A model generated the notes under the pieces. The model had not been told where the DNA came from. It saw only the letters and a program-made list of their open reading frames with translations, and made no database searches. Below, piece after piece: positions 49,119 to 59,700 of a stretch of DNA of 64,000 nt. Origin of the DNA: an uncultured bacterium. GTDB lineage: Bacteria; Verrucomicrobiota; Verrucomicrobiia; Verrucomicrobiales; DEV007. Location of the stretch: the NCBI GenBank assembly GCA_963977015.1, contig CAXBMO010000018.1, forward strand, positions 1 through 64,000. The letters run 5' to 3'. Each line of letters opens with the position of its first letter. Positions within the stretch are counted from its first letter, which is position 1. The position numbers and the translations under genes were made by a program.

Positions 49119-49724
49119 CTAATCTTGTTCTGCTTCTTTGGCTGTTATCGAATTACGTATGGCTGCCTTGAAGTGATCCAGCTTGCTGCCATTCCAGCTA
49201 AAGTCCCAATCTTCTGGGTCAAACTTCTGATTTAGCATTTTACCTAGTTCTTCATTATCTAGGCTTGCTGCCCAACGATTCTGCTCCTTCACGCACAGAG
49301 CCTCGATGCGAAGACGCTTATCTTCATCGTAGCGAATTCCTCGGCATTCAAGATACGCATGTGTCGCCTCATGGACTAGTAAGGCAGCATGAAAAGCGAT
49401 AGAAAACTCGACATCCCGTTCAGGCCAAGACTCTTCAAAGTTAATCGCGCAAGCATGCGCCCAGTGCCAATATTCAGCACCCGGCGTAGAAAGGCTCGTG
49501 TTCACGATCCAATCCAAATTCTTAGTTACGCGAGAAAACCTACGCGAATCTGTGTCCTTGAGAAGATTCAGTGAGGCTAGAATCGTGGTGTGAAAATCCA
49601 CACTTCTTCTCCTAACGTCCACAATCCGAATCGAATAGACCTCCTCGACTGTCATTGATGACCACAATCGGAGGGTGAGCTTGCGAGATACTATGCCGAT
49701 ACAGCGCCGTATGCTTCCGATCAT
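49119..49724 (-). CDS. Integron cassette ORF 1, hypothetical protein with HExxH zincin-like motif
   Basis: 'LLVHEATHAYLE'; lower GC than the flanks; bounded by GTTCTGC and GCAGAAC. Confidence 0.78.
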   Translation of the reverse strand: MIGSIRRCIGIVSRKLTLRLWSSMTVEEVYSIRIVDVRRRSVDFHTTILASLNLLKDTDSRRFSRVTKNLDWIVNTSLSTPGAEYWHWAHACAINFEESWPERDVEFSIAFHAALLVHEATHAYLECRGIRYDEDKRLRIEALCVKEQNRWAASLDNEELGKMLNQKFDPEDWDFSWNGSKLDHFKAAIRNSITAKEAEQD

Positions 49725-49733
49725 AATTTCTTA

Positions 49734-49760
49734 GCAGAACAGTATATTATTTCCCTTGAA
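49734..49760 (-). other. attI-like site at the head of the cassette array
   Basis: ...GGGAAATAATATACT-GTTCTGC: core matches cassette 1 R''; AT-rich upstream with no attC-like hairpin. Confidence 0.55.
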
Positions 49761-50314
49761 GGGCTGATATCCAAATCACGCAATTGGACCTAAATTCTTA
49801 AGGGATGTTGATCGTTTAATTTGGGAATTCATGATTTCTCTAAAAAGGTATGAGGATTATCAGTTCCTAGACTGCCAACCCAAGATTGCAGATGGACTAG
49901 CAATACGGGATATCGTCGTTTTCCTCAAGGAAGTTCCGACGTGGTGAGGACTTTTCTTGGAAGGGGCCGTTCTCATTTTTGATTTCCACTTCTCGACCAG
50001 GAATTATTGGGACATGGGGATGCGAAGACGGGCAGTTGCATTTGCATGCCATGAATCGTGGGATGGATGGACAGGAAGATGGAAGTTGGGGGCTTGGAAG
50101 TGACGGCGACAGGATGTCGCCGCTACCGCGTAGGCTGAATCCGGCGGTGAGAGTGGCTGCACCGGATTCCTCCGTGCGTTCGACGGAAAATGCCACCGAT
50201 CTCGAAACCCGGCGTTTTTGCAATCTTGCGACGTTGTATTGAAGGAAATCCGCGAAGTTGCGCCATCCTAACACGCTCATCTTCCTGCAAAATCTCTGAG
50301 CAGTTCATCCAAAT

Positions 50315-50377
50315 CGAAAACCCGTTTAGCTTAAACGAGAACCCGCTTGGCTGAGACGAAAACCTGGTTAGCTGAAG
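50315..50377. repeat. Three tandem 21-bp imperfect direct repeats
   Basis: CGAAAACCCGTTTAGCTTAAA / CGAGAACCCGCTTGGCTGAGA / CGAAAACCTGGTTAGCTGAAG. Confidence 0.75.
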
Positions 50378-50598
50378 GCGTTTTATCTATAACCAGGACC
50401 CGGGGACGTTTATCCGGTTCTCCTGTTTTCAGGGTTTGGTCGGGGGCGGGTTGCGTTTGGTTTGGTTCTTTTGGGCTGCCAGGGCGGCGATTTTTCGGGT
50501 GAGAGTTTGGGTGTGATGGGGATGCTCGGATTCGACTGCCAGTCGAATCTACGGGGCTGGTTCGGAATTTTGGCAAATTCCGCTACCTCCTCACTTCC

Positions 50599-51993
50599 CT
50601 AGGCAAGAATGTCGTGCAGCACGTTGCCGTGAACATCGGTCAACCGGACGTCCCGCCCCGCGTATCGATAGGTAAGGTCTTCGTGGTCGATCCCGACCTG
50701 GTGGAGGACGGTGGCCCAGAGATCGAAGATGGTCGCTTTCCCATCCACGACATGGTAGCCGTAATCGTCCGTGGCGCCGTAGGCGGTGCCACCTTTGATT
50801 CCGCCGCCAGCCATCCAAACACTGAATCCAAAGGGATTGTGATCGCGGCCATTTGAACCTTGGGAAAATGGGGTTCGGCCAAATTCTCCCGTGAAAATAA
50901 TGAGCGTTTCATCAAGCATGCCGCGTTGCTTGAGGTCCTTGATCAATGCGGCAATGGGCTGATCGACCTGTTGCCCCATGGCGCGATGTCCCTCTTCGAG
51001 CGCGCCATGTTGATCCCAGGGATTGGGGGCTCCGCCAGCTCCAAGCTTTTTGGTTAGGCACGAGAGTTCGACAAAGCGGACGCCGCGCTCCACCAATCGC
51101 CGTGCGAGGATGGCTTGCCGGGCGTAGGCCGCTTTTTCGGGATCGGGATCGTCGAGCCCGTAGAGCTTTTTCGTAATCTCGCTTTCGCCACGCAGGTCAC
51201 AGACTTCCGGCACGGCGGATTGCATGCGGAAGGCGGTCTCGTAGTTCATGATGGCGGCTTCCACATCTGCGTCGCCACCGGTGGATTTGGCGAAGCCCTG
51301 ATCGAGACGGTTCACAAAGTCCAATCTGGATCGCTGAATGGACGCAACCTGGGACGGCGCAACGTTGGGGATGGCCGGTGTGTTGTCTGCCTTGATGATG
51401 GAAGCCTGGTGCTGGGCGGGAAGAAATCCGCTGCTGAACAACCCAACGCCCCCATGAGGCGCGACGGCGTGCCCACTCTGCAGGACCACATAGCTGGGCA
51501 GGTTTTCGTTGGCAGAACCAAGCCCATAGCTCATCCAGGCACCGGCGCTGGGGTGGCCCAAAAACGGAAAGCCGGAATGGATCATGAAGTTCCCTTGCGC
51601 ATGCTCGTTCACGGGAGTGGTCATGGAGCGGATGACCGCGATGTCGTCGGCACAGTCTCCGATTTGTTCGAAGATCTCGCTGACGGGCAACCCGCTTTCC
51701 CCGCGATTGCGAAACGCGAACGGGCTGGGCATGATCTTGCCGTTGTTGTTGAACTGGGTCCGCTCAACCTTCATCGGCATCTCCTGGCCCGCTTCCTTCT
51801 TGAGCCTTGGCTTGGGATCAAAGGAATCGACGTGGGAGACGCCACCCGACATGTAGCAGAGAATGACGTTCTTGGCCTTGGCCTTTGGCAGGGCGGCGTT
51901 CGTATTGGGAGCCAGCAAACCTGACAAGGCGACCAAGCCGAACCCACTCGAGGCGCGGGCGAGGATCTGGCGGCGGGAGATTTCAGCGAACAT
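50599..51993 (-). CDS. DUF1501 domain protein
   Basis: 'SRRQIL', '[20 protein letters not shown]', 'FTGEFGRTP', 'GRDHNP'. Confidence 0.92.
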   Translation of the reverse strand: MFAEISRRQILARASSGFGLVALSGLLAPNTNAALPKAKAKNVILCYMSGGVSHVDSFDPKPRLKKEAGQEMPMKVERTQFNNNGKIMPSPFAFRNRGESGLPVSEIFEQIGDCADDIAVIRSMTTPVNEHAQGNFMIHSGFPFLGHPSAGAWMSYGLGSANENLPSYVVLQSGHAVAPHGGVGLFSSGFLPAQHQASIIKADNTPAIPNVAPSQVASIQRSRLDFVNRLDQGFAKSTGGDADVEAAIMNYETAFRMQSAVPEVCDLRGESEITKKLYGLDDPDPEKAAYARQAILARRLVERGVRFVELSCLTKKLGAGGAPNPWDQHGALEEGHRAMGQQVDQPIAALIKDLKQRGMLDETLIIFTGEFGRTPFSQGSNGRDHNPFGFSVWMAGGGIKGGTAYGATDDYGYHVVDGKATIFDLWATVLHQVGIDHEDLTYRYAGRDVRLTDVHGNVLHDILA

Positions 51994-54900
51994 AGATGAA
52001 TTCCTTGAGGTTAAAGATGGAGTGGGCAAGATCGATCCAGGGTTGGTTTTCACCGACCGGTTGACCGTAGTCCCTGAGCTGGGATTCGAGGTCACGAATC
52101 CCGGATTCCAATTCCTGGAGCCGCGATGTTTGTGATGGGGTGAGGGCGGCGAGCACCTGGTTTTCGCTGACAAAACGGCGACCATGAGCCGAGGCGGCCA
52201 CTTCCTCCGGAGAGAGCGCCCGGTTAAAGAGTTTCGCCTCGTGGATGCGCCCCTTCAACATTCGATTCCCGCCGACTCCGGTTCCATGACGCAGACCGAA
52301 GACAAGCTGGGTCTGGCCGGATTTGAAGGGATTCAGGTTCGTCTGGCGATAGGGAGACCCATAGGGCTGACCATTGCGGTAAGCGCGGATGGTGCCGTCC
52401 GCATCATAGGCGATGGTGATGCAAACCGGCAGGGAGGAGGCGTCCGTTTCCGGCCCGCCTTCAAAGCTTCTCGTGCGCTGGTGATGATTGCTCCCAGCCA
52501 ACCAATGCCCTTTCTTCATCTCGGCGAAGACGATGGAATCAAAGACGGCCCCGTTGCTATCCTGAACGGTCATGACACCCCCACCACGCTGATCGAGATT
52601 CTCGAGCTGGACGACGACTTCGAGGGTTTTTTCCTGGAGATCCAGATTGAGCGGAGGCGTGCTGACGTAACCTCCGCCATCCAGAACCAAGGCGTCATCT
52701 TCGAGCCTTGCCGTTCCGTTGGCCTTGCCGTTCAGGTTCGCAAGTTCATCCCGAAGATTCCCGTCAAATTTCCAGTAGGCAAAGGGTTCGGGTCCAGCGA
52801 GAGCCGCTTCACCCTCGGAATTCAACGCGGCCTCCAACCGTGTCCGGACCGGTTGCTTGATGGATGCGACCTCGTGTTTCAGGCGCTGAATTTCCTCGAC
52901 CAACTGAGTCCGCTCGCGTTCCACGCCTTCGTAGCGTTGCTCCATGTCCTTCAGAAATTCGTTGGCTGCGCGGAGTTCGTCGGACGTCGGTTTTCTGCCC
53001 AGCGCCGTCGACCACATGTCCCCGATGCTTGGCGATTGACTGGCGAAGTTGGAAGCGGCGTTCGCAACAAACCGGTCATTCATCAGCATCAACGATTGAG
53101 CGGGCACGTTGGTAACATCGCGGCTTCCCTTGGTGGAGAACGGAACGGGTGCATCAAACGTCGTGAGAAAGGGATCCATGCGATTGCGGATCACGGAAAC
53201 GTAGACCGAGCGCCGATTCGAGGTTCCCGAGGCGGGAGGGCCGAAGAGCGACAAGTCCAGATTTCCCGACACGGCGAGGAACTGGTCGCGAATCGCCTCG
53301 GCTTCCAAGCGGCGGACATTGGCATGCGACAGGAGCCGGTTGGAAGGGTCCGTGGTTGCGGCGATCCTGCTGGGATGACTTGCCTGCTGCCAGGTTTCGC
53401 TCGTCACCAAAAAGCGGATCAACGATTTGAGCGACCAATCATCCTTCTCCTCAAATCGCGTTGCCAGGTAGTCCAGCAGCTCCGGGTGCGTCGGCTCCAC
53501 GCCCAGCCGCCCAAAGTTGTCCGTCGTCGAAACCAGACCGTTTCCAAACAGGTGATGCCAGATGCGGTTCACGATGACGCGACTGGTAAAGGGATTGTCG
53601 CGGCGGAACAGATCGTCGGCCAGTTCGAGACGCCCGCTGATGTTCGACTGATAAGGCGTGTCATCAATGGCATCGAGAAAGCGGCGTGAAACGGGCTGCA
53701 GTGGCTTTTTGTGATCGCCGCGATTATAGAGCGGTTGATCCACACCCTTCCATTCGGCCAGGGTCGGAATTCGGGTTGCCACGGGAATGGCCGCCTCCAA
53801 CTCGCGATAGCTCTCGATCAATGGTTTCGCCGTCGGCAACTTGCCGAGCTCGTTCGGTAGCATCCCGCGCTCCAACGCCTTGCTGAGGATCAGGCTCTCG
53901 GCGTTGGTGATGGTCTGGTCACGCCAGGCTTCGACGGCGTTCTTCAAGGCGGTCCGGTCGACCGATTGGCGAACGGGTTTCGGGCCGGGTTCCCCCTTCT
54001 TCACCAACCAGGCTTCGCGGATTCCAAACCAGGAACGATCCTTGTTCTTCACCAGGAGCGGCGCGTCGCGAGCGGTGGCGAGTTCGATGTGGATGTCGTC
54101 GCCATCCCAATAGGCCAGGTCGAACTTCAGCCAACGCCATCCGCGTTGCTTGTCGTCATCCTTCAGCCCTATGACCTTGTAGACCGTTCCGCTGCGAGGG
54201 TAGTTTTGAACGACGTAACGAGCCATGGCCTCCCCTCCCCCGCGAACGTGGAGATAAAGCTCATACGCGCCATCGAGATGAAGATCCGGCGACGTCAGGA
54301 CGGCTCCCGCTTTGTCGGTGATCAGGTTCGAGTAGGCTCCGGCCGGAAAGAGGTCGACAAGCGCATTCGCTCCCTGCGGCGCGATGGCGAATTCTCCCGG
54401 TTCCGACGGTTTCTGCGGCAACCCGTCGCCATACTGAAACCACGCTTCATAGGTTTCGGGATCCGACAAATCCCAATGCCGGCTTCCGCCCGAAATTTGA
54501 TGATCCACGACTTCCAGAGCGTCTCCGGACTCGGGAAGTTGCGCCAACCAATCGGACGCGATCGCGGCGCGAATCTCAGGCTTCAAGCCGGTCAAGGCCT
54601 CGCGATTCACCAGGCGTTTCTCAGGAAGATCAATCGCCGCGCTGGCGGGCCGGGTTGATCCCAGGATTCCAAAGAGCGCGTAGTAATCGGCCTGGCTGAT
54701 CGCATCAAACTTGTGGTTGTGGCAGCGGGCGCAACTTACCGTCAGCCCCAGAAATGCCTTGGTGAAAACGTTGATCTGATCATCGGTAAAGCGCACTTTT
54801 TCGTCCAAGGCATCGGTCGGAGCGAACCCGTGAAAAACCATGCGCCAATGAGCGGTCCCGATCAGTGATTCATTGATCGCCAGTTCGGGATTGATTCGTG

Positions 54901-55774
54901 GATTGGGCAGCAAGTCTCCCGCAACGTGTTCCCGAACCAACTGATCATACGGAATGTCGGCGTTGAGCGCGCGGATGAGATAATCCCGGTAAAGGTGAGC
55001 ATTGGGAATCCGGGGATCGCCTTCCGATCCGTGGGTCTCGGCATAACGAATCCAGTCCATCCAATGCCGCGCCCATTTCTCGCCAAAGTGAGGACTGGCG
55101 AGCAATTCATCGATCACGCGCTGAGCGCCTTTTTCCTCGAATGCTGCGATTTGCTCCGGCGTTGGTGGCAGGCCAATCAAGGCAAAGTAGAGACGCCTTG
55201 CCAGGATGTGGGTTTCCGCTGGGAAGGAAGGCTCCAGTCCCGCGGTTGCCAGTTTTTGGCGAATAAATCCATCCACGGGATGCCCGTCTCCCGGCGGCGT
55301 CAGGTCGCGTCGGATCGGCTGAAAACTCCACCATGCCTTGCGGCGTTCCAGGACCGCCTCCCAACTTGCGTCTTCCGCCAATTCCTCGGCACTGGGCGGA
55401 GCGTCGCGAGGATCCGGCGCGCCCATGTTCACCCATTGCACGAAGTCCGCAATGATGGCGTCATCCAGCATCACGCCCGCTTTGGGCATTTCCAGATCCT
55501 CAAACTCGTGGCGAATCGCCTGAATCAGCAAACTCTCGTCCGCATTGCCCGGGATGATGACCGGCCCGGAGGTTCCCCCCTTCATCATCGGCTCGCGATG
55601 ATCCAGAATAAGCCTGCCTTTGGCTTTCCCATTTGAGTTGTGACATTCGTAGCAGTCCTGAGCCAGCACCGGGCGAATTCTCGATTCAAAGAATTCGATT
55701 CCTTCCGAGGAAAACGCCGGGGTCGAAGCCAAAACGACGACCGAGAGACTGAGGGTGCGAAGGAACGGGGTCAT
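51983..55774 (-). CDS. PSCyt1 + DUF1549 + DUF1553 + LamG-like domain protein
   Basis: 'CYECH', '[10 protein letters not shown]', '[11 protein letters not shown]'; C-terminal 'WKFDG...[18 protein letters not shown]'. Confidence 0.9.
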   Translation of the reverse strand: MTPFLRTLSLSVVVLASTPAFSSEGIEFFESRIRPVLAQDCYECHNSNGKAKGRLILDHREPMMKGGTSGPVIIPGNADESLLIQAIRHEFEDLEMPKAGVMLDDAIIADFVQWVNMGAPDPRDAPPSAEELAEDASWEAVLERRKAWWSFQPIRRDLTPPGDGHPVDGFIRQKLATAGLEPSFPAETHILARRLYFALIGLPPTPEQIAAFEEKGAQRVIDELLASPHFGEKWARHWMDWIRYAETHGSEGDPRIPNAHLYRDYLIRALNADIPYDQLVREHVAGDLLPNPRINPELAINESLIGTAHWRMVFHGFAPTDALDEKVRFTDDQINVFTKAFLGLTVSCARCHNHKFDAISQADYYALFGILGSTRPASAAIDLPEKRLVNREALTGLKPEIRAAIASDWLAQLPESGDALEVVDHQISGGSRHWDLSDPETYEAWFQYGDGLPQKPSEPGEFAIAPQGANALVDLFPAGAYSNLITDKAGAVLTSPDLHLDGAYELYLHVRGGGEAMARYVVQNYPRSGTVYKVIGLKDDDKQRGWRWLKFDLAYWDGDDIHIELATARDAPLLVKNKDRSWFGIREAWLVKKGEPGPKPVRQSVDRTALKNAVEAWRDQTITNAESLILSKALERGMLPNELGKLPTAKPLIESYRELEAAIPVATRIPTLAEWKGVDQPLYNRGDHKKPLQPVSRRFLDAIDDTPYQSNISGRLELADDLFRRDNPFTSRVIVNRIWHHLFGNGLVSTTDNFGRLGVEPTHPELLDYLATRFEEKDDWSLKSLIRFLVTSETWQQASHPSRIAATTDPSNRLLSHANVRRLEAEAIRDQFLAVSGNLDLSLFGPPASGTSNRRSVYVSVIRNRMDPFLTTFDAPVPFSTKGSRDVTNVPAQSLMLMNDRFVANAASNFASQSPSIGDMWSTALGRKPTSDELRAANEFLKDMEQRYEGVERERTQLVEEIQRLKHEVASIKQPVRTRLEAALNSEGEAALAGPEPFAYWKFDGNLRDELANLNGKANGTARLEDDALVLDGGGYVSTPPLNLDLQEKTLEVVVQLENLDQRGGGVMTVQDSNGAVFDSIVFAEMKKGHWLAGSNHHQRTRSFEGGPETDASSLPVCITIAYDADGTIRAYRNGQPYGSPYRQTNLNPFKSGQTQLVFGLRHGTGVGGNRMLKGRIHEAKLFNRALSPEEVAASAHGRRFVSENQVLAALTPSQTSRLQELESGIRDLESQLRDYGQPVGENQPWIDLAHSIFNLKEFIYVR

Positions 55775-55782
55775 GAGAGGGG

Positions 55783-56565
55783 TTAACTAAGGAGTCGTTG
55801 GCGAATCAGGTTCGCTGCGGCGAGGGTCTTTTCACCAAAGTCCTGGAAGCCGGATTCCGGCAGGCGAAAAATCGGAGCGATCACCGTGATGGCCGCGACG
55901 GGATAGGCGTGGCTGTTGAGAATTGGCGCGGCGATGCAGTGGATGCCCTCCAACCCTTCCTCGCGATCCACCGCGTATCCGCGTTTCGAGGTTTCCTCCA
56001 AATCCGCCGTCAACTTGGTGTGGGTGTCGAGGGTTTTCGGGGTGAAGGATTTCAGGTTCACCTCTTTCAGCCAGCTTTCGAATTCGTTGTCGGGCAAATG
56101 AGCCAGGATCGCCTTTCCCGGCGCACAGGAATAGAGCGGGATTCGCATCCCAACCGCCCCCATCACCTGAATCGGATGAAGCCCGGCCGCCTGCTCCAGC
56201 ACGACGCCATGCCTGCCGGAACGAACCATGAGCTGGGCCGTTTCGCCGGTTTGATCGCGGAGGGTCTGCAATCCTTCGTAGGAGCAAACCACTAGGCTCT
56301 TCTCGTTCACCTTGGGTCGCCCCAGGTCGAAAAAGCGATTGCTGAGCGTGAACCGTTTGTCGGACTCCCGCCGGTGAACGTAGCCCCGGGCAAACAGCGC
56401 ATTGGCGATGCGATACACCGAGTTCTGGGGAAGTTCCGTAGCGCGAACCAATTCCGAGAGCGTCAATCCAGCGGGTTCCTGACTCAAGGCTTCGAGAATA
56501 TCGAGGGCGCGGTCGGTGCTGGGCGACTGAGAGACCGGCTTGGAAGGTTCGACGTATTGAGACAT
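55783..56565 (-). CDS. IclR family transcriptional regulator
   Basis: '[12 protein letters not shown]...LTLSEL', 'CAPGKAILA', '[21 protein letters not shown]'. Confidence 0.93.
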   Translation of the reverse strand: MSQYVEPSKPVSQSPSTDRALDILEALSQEPAGLTLSELVRATELPQNSVYRIANALFARGYVHRRESDKRFTLSNRFFDLGRPKVNEKSLVVCSYEGLQTLRDQTGETAQLMVRSGRHGVVLEQAAGLHPIQVMGAVGMRIPLYSCAPGKAILAHLPDNEFESWLKEVNLKSFTPKTLDTHTKLTADLEETSKRGYAVDREEGLEGIHCIAAPILNSHAYPVAAITVIAPIFRLPESGFQDFGEKTLAAANLIRQRLLS

Positions 56566-56570
56566 GTTTT

Positions 56571-56600
56571 TCTAAATTTAGATCTATTTCCAAATCTAGA
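56571..56600. promoter_or_regulatory. Tandem palindromic operator candidate upstream of iclR
   Basis: TCTAAATTTAGA (perfect palindrome, 56571-56582) and TCCAAATCTAGA (56589-56600). Confidence 0.5.
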
Positions 56601-56799
56601 CAATTCACCACCTCCCAGAGACGATCCTTTCACGAAGTTCAACAACCGTGCGTTCAAGGCCTCCAGTTTGGCTGCTCGGACTCGGTCTGGCGCCAGGCTC
56701 AAATGCCACGTCAGCCGGTTTTTCGAACCAGTGCCAATCCCGGGCAGATTTGAGCCGGATTCGTTGACAAACGCGGCGTCTCAGGTTGGTGTGATCAGT

Positions 56800-59700
56800 A
56801 TGCCCCTTAAATCCCTCGCCTTCGTTCTTTTCCTAACTCTGTTCGCCCCGTTTTCCGGCTTTGCGCAGGACAAAAAAATCATCTGCTTTGTCGGCCACCG
56901 CACGTCTCACGGCTTTGGTAAACACGAGTATCACGCCGGCAATCATCTGATCGGCGAATGGCTCGAAAAAGCCTATCCCGGCCAGATTGAAGCTCGCTAC
57001 TCCGTCAATTGGCCCGAGAACGAAACCGAGTTTTTCGCCAATGCCGATTCGGTGGTGTTTTTCTGTTCGGGCGGCGGCGGGCACCTCGTCAACAACCACG
57101 TTCCCTTCTTTGATCAAGTGATGAAGACCGGGGCGGGGTTGGCCTGCCTGCATTACGCGGTGGAGGTGCCAATCGGGCCGAGCGCAAAAGGGATGCTCAA
57201 CTGGATGGGCGGCTATTTTGAGGCGAACTGGTCGGTGAATCCGCATTGGGTGGCCGACTTCCAACTCTTTCCGAACCACCCGGCGGCGAATGGGGTCAAG
57301 CCGTTCAAGAGCGATGACGAGTGGTATTTCCACATGCGTTTTCGCGGCGATATGGAAGGGATCGTGCCGATTTTAAGCGCAGTGGCGCCGGCTGAAACCA
57401 TGAAGCGCGGCGATGGCCCACACTCGGGAAATCCGACGGTGCGGAAAGCGGTCGCGGCGAGGGAGCCTCAGCACGTGGCGTGGACCTACCAACGCGGCGA
57501 TGATTACCAGCAGGGACGCGGTTTTGGCTTCACCGGCCTGCACTACCATTGGAACTGGCTCGACGACAGCTTCCGGAAGACCGTGCTGAACGGCGTGGCC
57601 TGGTCGGCTAAGCTGCCGATTCCCGAAAACGGCGTCGAGTCCGCCCGCCCCACGAAAGAGGAGCTGGAGGCGAACGTCCTGGAATACGGCGGTGCCCAAA
57701 ACCGGAAACCTCAACCGAAGAAAGCCGCGAAGGCGGAGTCTGGGCCCTCGCCCGTCAATCCCAACGCCAAGCCGATCTGGGAATCGCCGGTCGTCAACGA
57801 GTCCACGCCGGGAATGGCGGTGGCGGTTGACATCGCGATCCCGACAGGCACGAAGGAACTTTATCTCGCGGTTTCCGATGTCGATGGGATGTCCTTTGAT
57901 TGGGCCAACTGGATCGAGCCCAAATTGATCCTTGCCGATGGAGCCGAGAAAAAGCTGACGGATCTGCATTGGAAGAGCGCCAGCGTCGGTTGGGGGAATG
58001 CTCACAAGAACCGAAACGCCGGCGGGAAGGAAATGATGACGGCGGGAAAAAAGATTCCGTTTGGAGTTGGAGTGCACGCCCCTTCGATGTTGGTTTACGA
58101 GATTCCAGATGGTGTGAAACGATTTCAGGGCAGGGTCGGGATCGACAATGGCGGCAGTGACCAGAACGGCCAATCCACGATTCGCTTTCACATTTTTAAC
58201 GAGAATCCTGGCGCGTTCGCGAAGAAATCCAGCGGCGGGGGCGGTGGGAATGCTGCAGGCCATGATCCCGGTGAGGCGCTCGATTCCCTCAACGTTCATC
58301 CCGAGCTGAAGGCGCAACTCTTCGCGAGTGAGCCGATGATCCTCAGCCCCAGCGCGATTGATGTGGATGCGCAGGGACGCGCCTGGGTTTGCGAAGTCAT
58401 CAACTATCGCCGTCACCAGGGAAAACGCCCCGAAGGCGATCGCATCGTGATTCTGGAAGACACGGATGGTGACGCGAAGGCTGACAAGTCGACCGTTTTC
58501 TATCAGGGCACGGATATTGACTCGGCGCATGGAATTTGCGTGCTGGGTGATCGGGTCATCATCTCCGCCGGCGATGACGTCTTCAGCCTGTACGATCGCA
58601 ATGGCGACGGGAAAGCGGATCCGGGCAGCAAGGAGCTGATGTTCACGAAGATCGGCGGGAAGCAGCACGATCACGGCATCCACGCCTTTCATTTTGGGCC
58701 GGATGGCCGCCTCTATTTCAACTTTGGAAACGCCGGCAAGCAGCTTTGTGATGCGGAAGGCAAGATCGTCATCGACATCGCCGGAAACGAGGTCCGTGGC
58801 GGAAATCTGCCCTATCAGGAAGGGATGGTGTTCCGCTGCGAATTGGATGGGTCGAATGTCGAGACGCTCGGCTGGAACTTCCGCAACAACTGGGAAGCGG
58901 TGCCGGATTCGTTCGGCACGGTTTGGCAGAGTGACAATGACGACGACGGTAACCTCGGTGTTCGGATCAACTACGTCATGGAATATGGGAACTACGGTTA
59001 CAAGGACGAAAAGACACGAGCAGGTTGGCGCGATCCCCGTCCCAATCTCGAAGCGGAAATCCCCCTTCGTCATTGGCATCTGAATGATCCTGGCGTCGTC
59101 CCAAACCTGATCCAGACCGGAGCTGGTTCGCCCACCGGAATCTGCGTTTATGAAGGCGACCTGCTTCCCGAGATTTTTCGCGGTCAACCGATTCACAGTG
59201 ATGCGGGACCAAACGTGGTTCGAGCTTACGTTACGGAGAATGACGGCGCGGGTTACTCGGCGGAGATGGTGAACATTCTGGATTCCTCCAAAGATCGCTG
59301 GTTTCGGCCGAGCGACGTGTGTGTCGCGCCTGATGGATCGTTGATCGTCGCGGATTGGTATGATCCCGGCGTCGGTGGGCACGGGATGGGAGACCTTGAG
59401 CGCGGCCGAATTTTTCGGGTGACGGTTCCCGGGAAAGAACGCTATCAATCGCCCAAAGAGGCTTCGCTCGGCAGTCCGAACAAGGACGCGTTTTACCAGG
59501 CCTGGCAGAAAGTTGCCGACAAGGAGAACTCCCGTGGAGAGCTTGAGAAGCATTTCGCAGGCGCCACACCTGCCGATCAAGTAACCAGGGCGCGCTCCCT
59601 CTGGCTTTTGGCTCGGCTCGATCCCCGCGCCGCGACCGTGGCTCTCGGCGATTCCGAACCCAAGATCCGCATGGTCGCCCTTCGCGCGATTCGCCAGCTC

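Larger units (their letters stand above)
47656..49126 (-). mobile_element. IS110 family, IS1111-type insertion sequence inserted in attC
   Basis: Sub-terminal IRs ATGAGAAGGC / GCCTTCTCAT (49118-49109; 47670-47661), AAG core at both junctions, long 3' non-coding region. Confidence 0.93.

Noticed and set aside
49761-50590. Integron integrase intI upstream of the array
   Set aside because: No ORF with tyrosine-recombinase R-H-R-Y motifs in any listed frame.
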